Assembly: GCA_900088475.1 (NCBI GenBank)
Contig: FLMG01003999.1
Coordinates: 62,001 to 126,000, forward strand
DNA from: Hyphochytrium catenoides
Taxonomy: Eukaryota > Protista > Hyphochytriomycota
Direction: 5' to 3'
DNA length: 64,000 nt
Position numbers and translations under genes: made by a program. The notes beneath the pieces are model-generated. The model ran no database searches, was not told the DNA's origin, and saw only the letters and a list, made by a program, of their open reading frames with translations. Shown here piece by piece: positions 11,301 through 25,028 of this stretch; positions within the stretch are counted from its first letter, which is position 1; every line of letters starts with the position of its first letter.

Positions 11301-12566
11301 CAGCGAGACCTCATCATCGTCCTCAACCAGGCAAGCCAGAGAAGAGCCCAATTACTGACGAGAAGTACGATTCGCATATTATTATATATAGAGATAAGAG
11401 GGGCGGTGTTCCTCAGTTTTATTTACACACTTCTTCGCCCGAGGTTTTTGTTGCCAAGAAGAAGTAGTAGCTTCATAATATGAAGAAGAAGCTGCAAGGA
11501 TTCCTTAGCAACCCACTCCCAATGTTTTTTGCTACTACTTTTATGATGATGTGGTGTACATGGTAGGATGGTGATCATTCAATAGAAAAATCCGCAACAG
11601 CGATGAACGCACGGCTTTGTTTCCACCACAACTTCTCGCCCCTTAACCACACTTGGGCACTGGTCTCCGATGCTGTTCACTCATCGCCACACAACAAGCC
11701 TCTTCTCTCGTTTGTGCATTCCTTATCTATGATGTCCTTATAATAGTACACATCATTGTCACAACTCCATCAATGGCATCTTCCCTGTCATCTAAACTTT
11801 TCTTTTTTTATAGTTACCGCCCTCAGCCACCATTTGTCAGACTAGGCCTCTTCTTCGGTCTCCAAGCGTCTTCAGAGTTCAGAGCCAGCACATTTGATGG
11901 TGGTGAGTGGCGGTGGAGGAGGAGGAGGAAGGAGGGGAAGAAGGAACGCATTTTGTAGTAGGAACTAATGGAGGAGCCAACCTTTCTGACATCAACACAA
12001 CAGACTTTTGCTTTGACACAAGAACGATTCAGAATCATACCCGAATAAACACCGCTCATTCCGATTACAAGAGTCCATATCAAGGATCATTCTTTATACT
12101 CTTCTGTAACGGACTGAGCCACTCTTGTCTCTTGTCCACTTTGCACTGACGGAGAGATGAAGTGCAGATGCCTCTTTCTCCAGCATACGGAGGCCGAGTC
12201 GCGATGATGAGAGCCCTGGCGCGGCGTAGGCCCACGAGTATTACAGCGGCAGGTCCATCCACAGGAAGCAAGCACGCTATTTGTGCTCATTAATATCGCC
12301 TACATCTTCCCGGGCGTCTTAGACATTGGTACATCGATGCCAATGCAATTGCTCCGGGCAGTTTAGCAGTACAGGTTCGCTGGAAGAGTATGCCACCTAA
12401 TCAGGGATCACAGGAGACTGAGAGCCTAAGCCTGGGGAGCTGCAGTTCTCTTCTTTTCTTTGAATAGCCCAGCGTGGGTATCTACGGTGAGGTAATCGAA
12501 GATCAGATCTTGGTTCTCTTGTCCATGTCCGCTAACCTTTGAGTTGAAGGGTACGTCGTTGCTGAA

Positions 12567-14930
12567 ATGGCGTCTACAATGCCAAGCTCCGAACTTCGGT
12601 CGGCAGAGGCCACAAATCAGCATCAAAGCAACGCTAAGAGTAGTTCACCTTCCAAAGAGGCGTTCAGCAAGCAGGCTGAAACGGATGGCTCCCTCTTGGT
12701 CACAGTTGATGATCCTACGTCTGGCCCAGAAGCAAAAAATTCTCCGGCAGCCTCCAGCTATTCAATATCTCCTACATCTGGTAATGAATGAACAGCAGCC
12801 AAAGGAATTGATGTCCACTTGTTTATTCTCTGACTCTTTGCTTCGTCTCGTTAGGCAACCGTAAGCCCAAGAGAGCTTTAAATATAGAGGAGGTGTTCAC
12901 TACAATCAGCACCGTCACTTCGGCGGGCATTAACCCTCCACCTTCGAAGATCTTACTCACACCAAGATCTGCAGAATGCTGTCTCAAGCTTGGCATCAAT
13001 CCCGAGACGCTGAAGGTATGAAAGGAGTATAACAAGGTGAAGAGAGACAAAAGGCTGAGGTGGTTCGTCCTTCTCAGGTGCGAGATCTGGACTCTTTTCA
13101 TGAACCTGGTATAAACCCGGCAGTCCAGAGAATGCGCCACGAGGCCTACTCACAGCGGCGATATGAACAAATGAAAGAGCTAAGAACAATGTGGAAAGTC
13201 GTGAGCTCGGAGATGGAGCGAAGACTGAATGGTGGCATGAACAGCAAGGCCAGCAAGGATAGTGGGGGTTTGTCCCCCGTCATTGCTGGCCCTGACAACT
13301 CCACCCTCCTTGAGCTCGAGCAGAAGCGAATGGCAAAGATTCAAGAGAGGCAGAAGAAAGAGATCAACCAAATGCTGCAGTATGAGCTTAAGATCAACAA
13401 ATTGCAGGAAGATGCTGCCAAGAAAATGGAGGAAGAAAGGCTAAGAGAGGAGAAAAGGTACCGCAAAACAGGACTTTATATTGAAGGCAGGCAAGAGATT
13501 GGGCCGTCTGACAGCGGTTCCAATGTTTACTTTATAGGGAGCGCGAGAAGCAGAAGAGGGCAAAAGAGCTGGCTGAAGAAAGAAGGGCTAAGGAGCTTAA
13601 AAAGAAGGCTCAGGAGGACGCTGAAGAAGAGCTTCGACGGCAGATGGCACAGGAACAATTCAAGGCAGATTTGGAAGCTGTTGAGGAAACCAAGAGGCAG
13701 GATAAGATTCGACAGCTTGAGGCCCGCGCCAGGTCAGTGCCATCCTTCCATTCTTCTGTCTGCTGTCTTTGAAGGTGCTAGCAAGTCCACCCTTTTCTAG
13801 TGTCAGAGCTAAGTCATACTATAACGTATAGGGAGCTTGAGAGGGCGAAGAGGGCGCAGGAGCATAAAGAGCAAACTGCGAAGATTCTACAAGAGCAGCA
13901 GGAGCAGATTATGCAGCGGCTTAAGGAAATTCAGCAGGCAGAGGAAGTACGGACCAACCTGTTGGAGGAGCAAAAGCGCCAGCGGCAGATCAAGCTAGAG
14001 GAAAAGAGGCGGCAGGTGGAGCAGCGACTTGTAGAGAACCAGATGGCAGCAGAAGCAATAGAGAAGAGAAAGAAAGACGACTTTGAGGAGAAGCAACGGT
14101 TGGTCGAAGAGAAGCGGCAGCAGTTGCTGCGAGAGCAGGAGGAAGAGAGAGCACTTCTTAGACGACAGCAGGAGCTCCTAGAGAGAAAGCGCCTCATGGT
14201 TATAGAAGAAGCGAGAAAGGAGGAAGAGAAGAAGAAGCAGGAACTTCTTCGTAAGGCAGAGACCCTAGACATGAACGTTAAACGTGTACAGGAGGCACAA
14301 ATGCACCAGTTGGAGCTTAAGCGAGAGCAGATGAAGCTAACTCAGCAGATGAAGCAAGATGCAGTAGAGAGGAAGAAGCGCATGGACGAGTACAAACGAT
14401 TGGAGACACTCAGAAAGCTTCAGGAGAATGAAAGCAGAACCAATGAGATACAGAGGAAGAAACAAGACATCATACAGCAACGGAAAGCTCAGGCCGTTAA
14501 GGCTAAGCTCAAGCGTGACACTATCCTTGAGGTCATGGATAAGGTCAAGACCACAAAACGGTGGAACCTTGCTGCTCAAGATCTCTCCGCAGTGCTGGAC
14601 GACGCGAGCGATGGGAGCCCGAAAAGCAGCCGTAGGCCCCAGACTGCCAACTCTCGGTCTCCTGCTGGTAACAGTCCTTCACGGAACAAGGAACCGGCAA
14701 TGGCTTTCCCCAAAATTAGGTCCAATTCTGCAGGAGAGTCAGCGGCGCTCAGGGTTGCGCAGTCTGTGATGCCGCCGCCTCCGATGCCTAGCAACCAGCG
14801 GTTCAAGCACATAAAAGCAGCCGTGCAGCAGGAACAGGAGCCAAAGCCCTTTAGATCTCCTTACGAGGAACCACAAACCCTGGTGGACGGCACTGGCAGG
14901 AAGAAGAATCTGAGGCACATGGCTCTATAG
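12567..14930 (+). CDS. Uncharacterised long E/K/R/Q-rich coiled-coil protein (5 exons)
   Basis: Exons at about 12567-12781, 12855-13015, 13078-13457, 13539-13732 and 13832-14930 join in frame at GT-AG sites. An N-terminal motif TPRSAECCLKLGINPETLKVRDLDSF is followed by several hundred aa of charged helix. Confidence 0.8.
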
Positions 14931-15325
14931 AGTGACATATTGTTTTAGGTCTCTGCTCTTTTGACAATGCGCAGAGGACAATGCCCCGTCTCATCGGACT
15001 CCTCAAAGATGGGTGGGGTCAGTGCAGGTAGCCAACGCCTTTAGCTGCTCGCACATCTCTATAGCCATTCTCTTCCTCTACGGTCGCGGTTCTTTCGAAG
15101 CTATCAGTTAGACGGACTTATGCCACCGACAACCGACACTTCAGGAGTCGATTTGATTCCTTCCTTCTGTATCATATGAACGTCCTAAGCATCAATCAAC
15201 ATTCCTTGCCCATCATCTGAGCATGTTCGTTGATCCCAGCTACTCTCTTCTCTCCAGAGTCTTGAGCTGTCCTATAACTTTAATCGTCGAAGGGGTCAAT
15301 CGGCCATAAACCTCCTTAGCCGCCT

Positions 15326-15570
15326 GCCAGCTCAGTTCTCAGGCCAAGTTGCCCCCTTCTCCACAGCCCAGGGCCATTATACCTTTCTAGCCATTTGCCA
15401 GCTCACTCTCAGGCCAGGTTCCCCCCTTCTCCACAGCCCAGGGCCATAATACCCTTCTAGCCATTTGTCAGCTCATTCTCAGGCCAAGCTGCTGCCTTCT
15501 CCACAGCCAAGGGCCATGAAATAAGCTACTAGCTGCTTCCTAGCTCAAGTGTCTAGGCCAAGTCCCCTGC
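15326..15570. repeat. Tandem minisatellite, ~70-bp unit, ~3.4 diverging copies
   Basis: Unit gccagctca.tctcaggccaag.t.ccccttctccacagcccagggccat.atacc.ttctagccattt at 15326, 15397 and 15467, with a partial copy near 15540. Confidence 0.9.
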
Positions 15571-15997
15571 TCGCTTTGGTTGGGCAGCTCTCTTAGCTAT
15601 GAGGTGAAGGATGAGAGCTGGGGTTCGAAGATGTGATTATAGATACTCTATCACCAGCTCTCTTATTAGAAAGATTAGAGTAATTGGTGATGGCCACTAG
15701 AATGTGTGTTTTCTAGTCCAAGTAATTTAGACTAGAGATTTCAAACCCATTACTTTTTGTGGTGCTTGAGATTCTTATGGTGGATGATGGCACAACTTCA
15801 CGAACCCTCGCCAGCCTTCTTGCATCAGACAGACAGACCATCATCGCCTCCGCCATCTTCGTTCTATAATCTCTAGCCAAGTATCCCAGAAGCTCCAGGC
15901 AGCTCTGAACTATCGCAGCTGACCTCAGTTCCCAGTTGAAGGTTCTAGCCAACGAAGCTGTCGTACACGTACTCACGTTAGAGAAGAAGCGTCAAGG

Positions 15998-18900
15998 ATG
16001 GCAACGAGGAGGGTGAAGGCAGAGTTTCAAGTGGTGATTCTCGCAGGAGGAATAGACAATCGACTCTATCCCCTGACTGAAGGGCTAGCAAAACCCCTCC
16101 TGCCCGTTGCTAATCGCCCCATCTTAGCATACCAGTTAGACCTCCTAGATAAAGCTGGCTTCTCAGGTCAGTCACCGATGGTTAATAATGTCCCTGGCAG
16201 AAGCGGCTGACTGGTCGCTATTGCAGAGGTCATCATCGTGACTTCGGATGACCACCGCGGAGAGATTAGCAACTTCATTCGTGGCTACAAGTGAGTCTCT
16301 TGCTATCTAGTCACAAGTGGATGCGCCTGCCTCCTCCAGGAAACTTTGCTACTATCGCTCTTGCCACAAAGTCATCGACGAACTTGGTTGTTCTTGATTC
16401 CCCTTCTACCGGTTCTGTGCTTCCTAATTAATATCCATAGGAGACTATCCTATGCCTCCTTTTTACAATCCTCTTTGTCACATCCTTCCTTCCTCTCCTC
16501 TATCTGCTCTGCCACCGGCGCTTCTTGTCAAGTCTATCGTTTGGTCGAAAGTGACCTCTGGACTTTGTCGATCTGTCGTCCTTTTCTGCCTTCTCTGTTG
16601 CTCGTGAACCTTTCCCTCTGCCCCTCGTCTAATGATTTCTCTCAATCCCTCCTCTAACGGTGCTTATTTGGACCATCGCCGCTTCATCGTCCCTCCGGCC
16701 AATATTAGTCCTAAGGTGGAGGTTGATATTTGCTCAACTGATGCCTTTCATCGGGTAAATCAATGCTTCTAAGCCAACATAGTCTCGAAATGTTTTGGTT
16801 CTCGCTCCCTCTCTGCCAATCCACAGCCTTAACCCTCGCTTTGGGGCATCCGGCACTGTGTACTCTGCTTCATGCAGGGATAATGTCCGCCCCATCCTTG
16901 AGTTCTTATTTAGATACTGACTGTTTGCCATCTCTAGGGTACGGCGGAAGCTCTGCGATCCATCAGAGACAAGCTGAAGGTGCTATAAAGAAAGGGTTTC
17001 ACCTCTGCGTCCTTAGCTACTGCCTTCCTTCTCACTGCTTAGTCCGTTTCACCAACTATTTCTATCTATCGGTACGTGAACACATCTTGCTGTCTTACCA
17101 TTCCTTGGCAGACGGACTTCATGGTGATGGCGGGAGATCTGATCACAGAAGGCTTTATTCACTATTTGGCTGACATACACCGAACCAAGGACGCAGCGTT
17201 GACGATGCTACTGAAGGTACGCTCTTACAGTGATTCTGAGATGTGGCTGCCTTGACCAATCTCATCTTCTTGACGCTAATTTCTCGGTCCTTACCTACTT
17301 TTGCCGCCACAATCGGCTTGGATTCAAATTATTTGTCTGTCCTCTGCAACGCATCAGCAAGAGCCTCGGGAGGATGCGGTCGACAAGAGCTCCAAAGTGA
17401 AGAAGACGTCGAAGATAAAGAAAGACGAGGATCTCGTGGACTTTATTGGTTTGGCCGACGAGAATAGGGTAGGCAGCGGTGATTGTAGGAAGTATGTTAG
17501 TTGCCAGGGTACTTATCCAATGTCTTTTCGGTATGTGTCCTTATCCCTCTTTCTTGGGGCCGGCAGGTCGTATTCATGTCTCCTGCTGTCTTCTTAGAAG
17601 ACGGCCTCCAACTTCCGAAGGCCTTACTAAAGAGGTCGGTCTATCCCGTGATCGATGTACCTCTGCTGAATCTAACCTCGTCCGCGGCCGCCCTGCTTGG
17701 CTAACTCCTCTTATGCCTCTACCCCCTAACATGACCCCGTCTGGCTTTAACCCTTCCGTTGTGGCCCAGAGTTAAGCACATTACAATGCATACAGATCTT
17801 ATTGACGCGCACTTCTTCATCTTCTCACACTGGGTACTGGACATTCTAGAAAGCAGAAAGAACATCACCAGCATACAGGTTCATTTTTCTTCACTGACCT
17901 TTCCCTCTACATTCCTGACGCCAACATTCCCATCGCCCGTGTTTAAAACCAAGACGTTACTTCAATAATTACTGCTGAAGGGTACTTTGCCCCGCACCAG
18001 TCTCTTAACCTTTTTGTACTACGCCGTAGGCGGATCTGGTACCCCTGCTAGTCAGACGACAGTTTAGGGGATCCGAAGGTTAGAGTCACTATTCTGTTTT
18101 CAAACTAGAGAGCGTCTCACCTTGCCTCGTTCACAAGCCTTGCCTCCAGAGATCCTGGAGCGTCTCAAGAGGTCTCAGCATACGGAGATGAACATGAGCA
18201 GCTCCTCCGTAAGAGTCTCTCCTCTGATGCATGGGTCTTCATCACCACATCAACTATCTCCCCAAATCTGAACTCCATGCCTGGACCCTCTCTCTGTCGA
18301 TAATCCTTGCGCTTCGGTTCTCTACCAGGAGTACACTATTGTTTTCGGTCTATTCTCTTGCCTGACACCTTCCCCCTCACGTCTCTCAAATAGGGCTCAG
18401 AGACTTTTGAAGATGTTGTCAGGTGCTATGCCTATGTCATTCCTCCAGAAGGAGGATATTGCGCCAGAGCTAATACCCTTGCAGCCTACGCATCCATCAA
18501 CAGAGAGGTAAGTACATATCCCTACCAGGAAAGAGGCGTCTATGGAGAAGTGAAGTGTGACCGTGGGAAGATGTGACCTGGCTGATATCGAAGTTCTTAC
18601 TCCTCATTCCGTGTGTTAGATCATCGCAAAGCCAGTCTCCGTCCACACTCCTTGGACACCAATCAAGGGCTTGGACAAGGTGCATAAAGACTCGCTCATA
18701 GCAGAGGGGTTCACAGCAGGCGATAAGGTATGACTATACAGCTCTTTCGTCTCTATTTGTCTCCTTGCGTAGATGAAGGCTTGGCAACTTACGTGGCTAT
18801 TCCGTTGGACATTTCACTTAGGTTTCCCTCAAAGGCTGCGTTATTGGTCGCGACTGCAGTATAGGCAATAAGACGAAGCTGAACAACTGCATCGTGATGG

Positions 18901-19248
18901 ACCACGTCAGGATAGGAGAGAAGTAAGCTTATCGAACTCCCGTGCCTCTGTGCTATGTTCCACGTCCTATGCTTCTATCAAACTAACTCTCCTTCGCTTT
19001 TGCTCGCTTAGCTGTGTGTTGCAAAATAGCATCATCTGCGGTCATGTGGCCATTGAGGACAACGTCAACCTTAACGACTGCCAGGTGGCAGCACAAGTCC
19101 GGATTTCGGCAGGAAGTAAGCATGGCTCATCCTTCTCGCATTTTGAACAATCACTCATTTTTTAACTCTGCTGTACGACGGCTTTAACTTGTGGCTTTGT
19201 CCCACTTTAGGCAAGCTTAGAAACGACTCCATAGCTGGAAATACATAG
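15998..19248 (+). CDS. EIF2B3: Translation initiation factor eIF2B subunit gamma, multi-exon
   Basis: N-terminal NTP-transferase-like motif EFQVVILAGG..NRLYPLT....KPLLPVANRPIL, then GTAEALR, DFMVMAGDLIT, TDLIDAHFFIFSHWVL and RANTLAAY. C-terminal hexapeptide beta-helix (IGRDCSIGNKTKLNNCIVMDHVRIG). Spliced stop TAG at 19246-19248. Confidence 0.9.
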
Positions 19249-19495
19249 ACTTCAGGGCAGCGCAGCTCTACCCTGATGCACCACTCGGATGGCATTAAGC
19301 ACGCCTGCTTTCTAAGCGCAACCTCTTGATTTTGCTGGCTTCCAACTCAGTGTCGGCAAAGGCGCGTTGGGTATAGCGTGCGGGCTAATTCAGCCTTACC
19401 TGCCATCTAACTTTCCCTCGTGTTACTGATTTCGCCATAAATATGGATAACAAACGCTCCCAACTTTCCCTCTAGTCTAAAGCTCGGCCTTCTGC

Positions 19496-22400
19496 CTAAC
19501 CGTAATACCTCAGATCTCTGCCATCTCCTTCCTCCTCCTTATCTTGACCTCTTTTGCCTTTTTCGGCGAATGAGCTTTCATCTTGACCATGTATGCTCTC
19601 TGGAAGCTCGTCTACTGTAAAGTCTTCGGAGTAAGACTTCCCATCTTCCTCATCTCCTCCTGGTGTACTCAGTAATTCGTTCAAAGAACCCTGATCGAAG
19701 TCATGATCGTAGATTTCTCTCTCTGTTTCCTTGTCGTCTCTACTTCTTTGCGAACTGCGAACGCTATTCTGTTCTTCTACTTCCTCCGTCTCCGCAAGGA
19801 ACGGATGCTCTAAGAGTTGCTTGGTAGTCCAACGCGTGTTGATGTCCCTGTCACAGCAATGTGACAAAAAGTCGTGGCCAAGTGCGGACAATGTCTCTGA
19901 GGAGATAAACATTAAGGGCAGAGCCATCCAGAGGTAGAGCGGTGAGCGGCTGAGGGTGAGAATGCCCTGGGGAACGCTCCCTAGTAGTACCGATTTCGCT
20001 ATACTTCCACAGCGGTAAAAACTCTGTTGTCAGCTCCTGCATCATCCCAAACCCTTCCACTCTAAGCATCTCACTACTGGTAGAAAGATCTATCCGTTTC
20101 TTCAAAGCTGCGCTCTGGTGGCTATCCTTCCCGTAAATTGTCTTCTCGTCTCATCTCTCTCCTCACTACCCCTACCGTGTAGAAGACCACTCACCTGGAA
20201 ACTTGGGGACCGCTTGCGTGGTAGCCACATGGAACATGAGGGCAAATTGGTTGGAAAACTCACTCCACGGCCTTATTCCGGTCACCATCTCAATCACCGT
20301 ACAGCCAACGCTCCAGATGTCCGATTTCCGGCCGTGCACGCTCTGCTGCAGGACTGAGAATAGAAGGGAGAAGAAAGGCCCAAGAGAGTGTGGAGGAAGG
20401 AGGAGGAGGCCAGCATGAGTCAGAGATTAGACTTGGCAAGGAGCAAGGAATGTCTCCACGCTATGAAGTTCTAGCTGACGAGGAAAATCAACGCAAAGGA
20501 AGTAGACAGGAACCTCGCAAAATTTCCGGGGCGAGCGTGAGTGCAATACCAATCAAGTTTGCAAGATTCACAGACTGAGATTAAGGGTAACGCTAATGAG
20601 GTGATGTAGAGTAACATAGAGTCAAGAGACATGTGACGAAGGATTAGGCTGGGTGTACCTTCTGGCGCCATGTAAGGTATAGTTCCAACAAGCTCCTTAT
20701 TCCCTCCATCTACTAGTGAGTTTCCTCCATCGAAACGATGAGAGCAACCGAAGTCAGCCTAGGGACCACGAAGGTGGTTATTATAGAGACCAGGGATCAA
20801 GGTATAAAAGGCAAGTTGCGGTTGCAAAGACCCGGGATGCTTGGCAGGTAGTAGAAGGATAGAGGGTGACAGCTCCGCAACAGAAGCCCAACAGAGCCAA
20901 TGAGCCAAAAAGAGCACTGGGTGTAACATTAAGCCATACATACCAGCTTGACTACCCCGCTCTCACTCACGAGAAGGTTGGCTGACTTGATGTCTCTGGG
21001 GGAAGGTTGATCCAAGATGTACGCATTGGGTTATGGGTTTAAAAACAGAAGCGTTGTAAGTGGTATGAAGAGGGAGGAGATGGAAAAGGAGAATCCTTTG
21101 AGTCAAAGCACATCCCCACTTCATAGCTTAGAGGACTTCAATCACCTACTTTCTCCCCTAGGATCTAGCCAAATCTCTATACCTACCACTTACCCGTGTA
21201 TAATCTTGTGATCGTGGAGGTAGTCCAGGCCTAGCAGGATTTGTCGTGTGAAGCTCTTGATGGCGGGCTCTGAAAAGTGACCAAAGCGGCGAAGAAGGCT
21301 ACATTGTTGGATAGGAAGGAAGGTAGTCAGAAACCGTCAGCTGTATCGGTGAAGCGCGAAGTTGGCACCAATGCCGTACTAACGGGACGTAGCAACAGGA
21401 AGCCCTTCACCCTCATGAGCTCCAACCCTTTATTCCTGGCCCTCTGTGCTCTTGCTTTCTTGACCGCTTACCTTGCGATGCTCCCTCCCGGGACAAACTC
21501 CAAGAATATATAGAGCTTGCCTTCTGGCCTGTCTCTCTTGGTCCCAAGGTAGCGCACGATGTTCTAAAAGTGAGGCACACTATCCTTAGTGACAACATGG
21601 TGGCCCTTTGTGCACAAGGCCTCAGAAACACAACGTTCTAGGAAGCCAGCGATGGCAGAGCTGTAAATGGACATGAACGAGGAAAGATCGTGAAGAATGC
21701 TTTCAAGCTTGTGGTCCATGAAGTACCGGATGGTCTAAGTCCTTCATGACGTTGATCTCATCCTCCAGGGCCTTTGCCTTAGACTCCACTGGCCCGCCCT
21801 GAAATTGAACATCGTCGATCTTCATTTCTTTCACCGCTATGAGCTCTCCTGTTTCCTAGAAAGAGATTGAAGGTTTATCTCCTGTTTTGTCACAATAAGG
21901 TACTTCTAATGAAGCCTACTTGGGATAGGACAGGGGGCGAACGAAATCTGCAAAGGTGTACGAGAATGGAAGTGTATGGAGAGAGGATCCGCAAGGTGCG
22001 ACCAGCAGAAGCGTCGGCCAACCTGGTTGAAGCCACTATAGACTCTCGAAAAAGCACCCTCGCCCAGAAGCTCTCCTTTGACCCACTTAATAGGCGTTGA
22101 ACGATGGGCTGCAGAGTTGGGCATAGGCAAACAAGGAGTCAGGCAACACCAAGCCTGTCCCCAACATAACGTTGCACTCCCAGAGTGTCCCAACATAACG
22201 TTGCACTCCCAGGTTGTCTACTTTAATAGCTTCGACACACTTAGCCATATCTCTCCGTTGGTGCTAGACCTTCTCGGTCCTACCCTGTCCCCTTTGAATC
22301 CCTTTCTTACTCACGTTTGCCGACAGATTTGGCCTTCTTTTTGACACTCTGGGCACCTGATGAGATGAGCGGGCAGCATTAGTCCTTTAGTAAAGGTGAC

Positions 22401-25028
22401 GAAAGCAATAGGGTAAGAAGCCAACGGTTATCAATAGAACACCTGCTTCCGACAACTAGAGAAAACATTCAACGAGCGAAAGACAGCAAGGCACCTTCAG
22501 CAGGAGATGGTTGAGTTCTGTTCAGACTTAAGAATTTGACGAGGGCTTGCTCTAGGCTCCTTAATTTGTCCTATGGTGCAGTAGGGGCAAGGGCAGTAAT
22601 ATTGCTAACAGTTAGTGGAAGAATGCCAGAATGCTAAAAGGACAACGATAGACACTGAGAGTAAGCAAGCAGCCTGCAGGTCGGGTGGAAAGGATAACGT
22701 GACGACAGAAACAACGCAGCCAAAGGGTGAGAAAACGGGTTGAGCGCTTCCTTACCGACTCCACCTGCAGCTCACTAATGCTCTGCTTCTCTTCATGAAG
22801 CTTATCCTGGAGTTCATGCTGCGCCTGCTTCTGAGCTACAACCTAGATCTTTCGTTAGATCACTCGAGATTCCCCAAGCGATAACGTCAACTTTTGGCTC
22901 TTTCCTAACTTCCCTGCTCATTCTAGCCTAAATCCCTCCTTTTCCCTTCTACCCCCTCTTCCTCCCTCGAATGTCGCGTACCTTTGCCTTGGACGCCCAG
23001 AGGCCATCCTCTTGGTCCTTCTCTATTGTCAGAGCCGAGTTTGTCTTTTCCTCAATTTCTGAACGCTTCTGTGCTTGCTTGGAGATGGATGAGGATCTCA
23101 AGGCAAGCTGCGACCATGCAAGGCACGGTGTAGAGTAAATGGGCAAACAGGGACATACGGAGTGTGAGCTCCTAAACAGCAAAGCTGCAAAGGAAGAAAC
23201 AGAGAAGAAGCCACGAGAAGCGAAACGGAGGAGAGTTGCAACTACTGCTCCATGCAGGACCAAGAAAAATCAGATGCTCTGCTTATAAACCTGGTGCTTC
23301 AAGCTCTGGACAACCTCATGAAGGGGCTGAGGTTGGCCAGAGCTGATGCCTTCTCCTCTGTCGTATCTATCCCGAAGCGTTCGAAGCTTCTCCTCCATAA
23401 TCACTGCGTTTAGGAGGACGAACAAGGAAAGAGCATCACTACAGGGGGTTGGAAGAGTGCAGAATAAACGAGGCCAAGAAAAGGACCGAAGGAAAAATGC
23501 CAGTTTTTCATCAGACTCTGTAGCTGAGAGAAGAAACAACGTGAGGTAGTACAGAACATACCCGAAGAGAGAGACGAGATGGAAATGGAAGACAGGGTTG
23601 GGAAAAGAGGAAAAGTTTAGACTGTTGTTTGGAACGAACATTCTATCTTTTGTTCATCCTTTTCTTGCTCTTCTCTTTTGTCAACTTCGGCACGGAGACA
23701 TGCAATTTCTTCCTGAAGCCGTTGAGCAGATAGGTTGCTTTCCTCTTTACGCTGCCAAGCCTCTTTTCTCCTTATCTGGAGCTCGTCTTTAGTTTGACTT
23801 AGCCTGAAGTATAGCGTCAGTCACTCCTCCAGTTCGTCGAGATGGAGTCGTGAAAGGCTCACCCCCTGTCCCGTTCCCTCATCACACGATCTATTTGACT
23901 GTTCAGGCCCTTCTGACAATGACACCCTATTCTTTATCTCCTATCTAACTCTTCATAGACGTAGCTTTCTCACATTTTCTCCTTCTCTGTCAAAAAGCGA
24001 AGTTCAAGCTCGATCTCCCTTAGCTCAGAACGCTGCTGGCTTGTTGCGAAGCCTACAGCTTCTTCAATGGTTGAGGCGAAGCTATCAAGCTCTGCCTAAT
24101 GAGTACGAAAAGCATACCATTGAAGAGATTTCAATTAGTGTAGCCCTTCTCCGGGCAGGAACTTGAGTCTTACCTGTCCGATGAACCCGGCACCTGATGC
24201 TTTGGCCGGTGGTGCAGGAACGACTTGTTTCTCTAGCTCCAGAGCAGAGTCAAGGGAGAGAGAGTGAGCATTGCGTCCCTCATTTGGTTGTGGAAATACG
24301 CCCGCAAACTCTTCCTCTGTGTGTTCAAGCTCGAGTGTCCTATGCCCTTTTTGAGAATTTGCAGTAGGACTATGCCTCAACAGGTTCAGACGAGAGACCG
24401 AGGGTGCAAGTGATCCAGGTCCAGAGGCTGACCCAGGGTTCCCTGAATTTAGAGGAGGCTTCGCTTGCTTCGAGCTGATTGTATCAGAGATCTTCCCTGT
24501 CCGCACTACACCGCTTTCTACCTCTTCGTCATCCTCCTCAAGCCGAAAGGTGGACTCTCTCTGTTTGTGGCCATGAACGTGCTCAGGAGCTCTGCGTTTG
24601 CTCTCCTTCGCTGTCACGCGGCTAGTAGGACCCACAAAAAAGCTGCCGTGGCTGCTGAGCAGAGGAAAAGCTGGAAGCTGTAGATCCGGTGTCGGCTCAT
24701 GCAGGACCTCGAAAGATTGAGAGCGAGGAAAGCTAGAGCCATTAACTCGAGAGGGACGCCGGGCATTGAAATTCTGAGGATCCGCTGACTCCAGATGCCG
24801 ACTTGTCCCTGAAACAAATACAACTCTCATTTAGTTGCCGGGATTGAGGTTAGGGAACATAGCGGACAAGAAATGTGAGCGATCCTGGCAGATGACCCAG
24901 GGAAGATGATCAAAAAAGAGGAGGAAGTAAGAGAGAGGGTAGAAGGGTAGAATACGTGAACGCCAGTGTACAGAACCATTCGGATCCTACTTACCGGAGA
25001 ACCTGGGAGACCTGTTGAAGGTTGCCAT
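19496..25028 (-). CDS. STE11/MEKK-like MAP kinase kinase kinase with N-terminal disordered and coiled-coil region, multi-exon
   Basis: Spliced kinase motifs: WVKGELLGEGAFSRVY, ELIAVKE, NIVRYLG, LYIFLEFVPGGSI, HGDIKSANLL, VKLADFG, GTIPYMAPE, SDIWSVGCTVIEM.TG..PW, LLEHPFL. Likely ATG at 25028 (MATFNRSPRFS, then a GTAAGT donor). Confidence 0.88.
22156..22213. repeat. Two-copy ~30-bp tandem duplication in a kinase intron
   Basis: tgtcc(c)caacataacgttgcactcccag occurs twice in tandem. Confidence 0.9.

Noticed and set aside
15326-15570. Possible CRISPR-like array
   Set aside because: Whole units are repeated with no unique spacers, no cas genes are present, and the context is eukaryotic.
20971-20995. 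Apparent 25-nt microexon for the kinase catalytic loop (GTGAGT after ANLL)
   Set aside because: Reading through gives VSESGVVKL, which is required before ADFG. The real exon is 52 nt.
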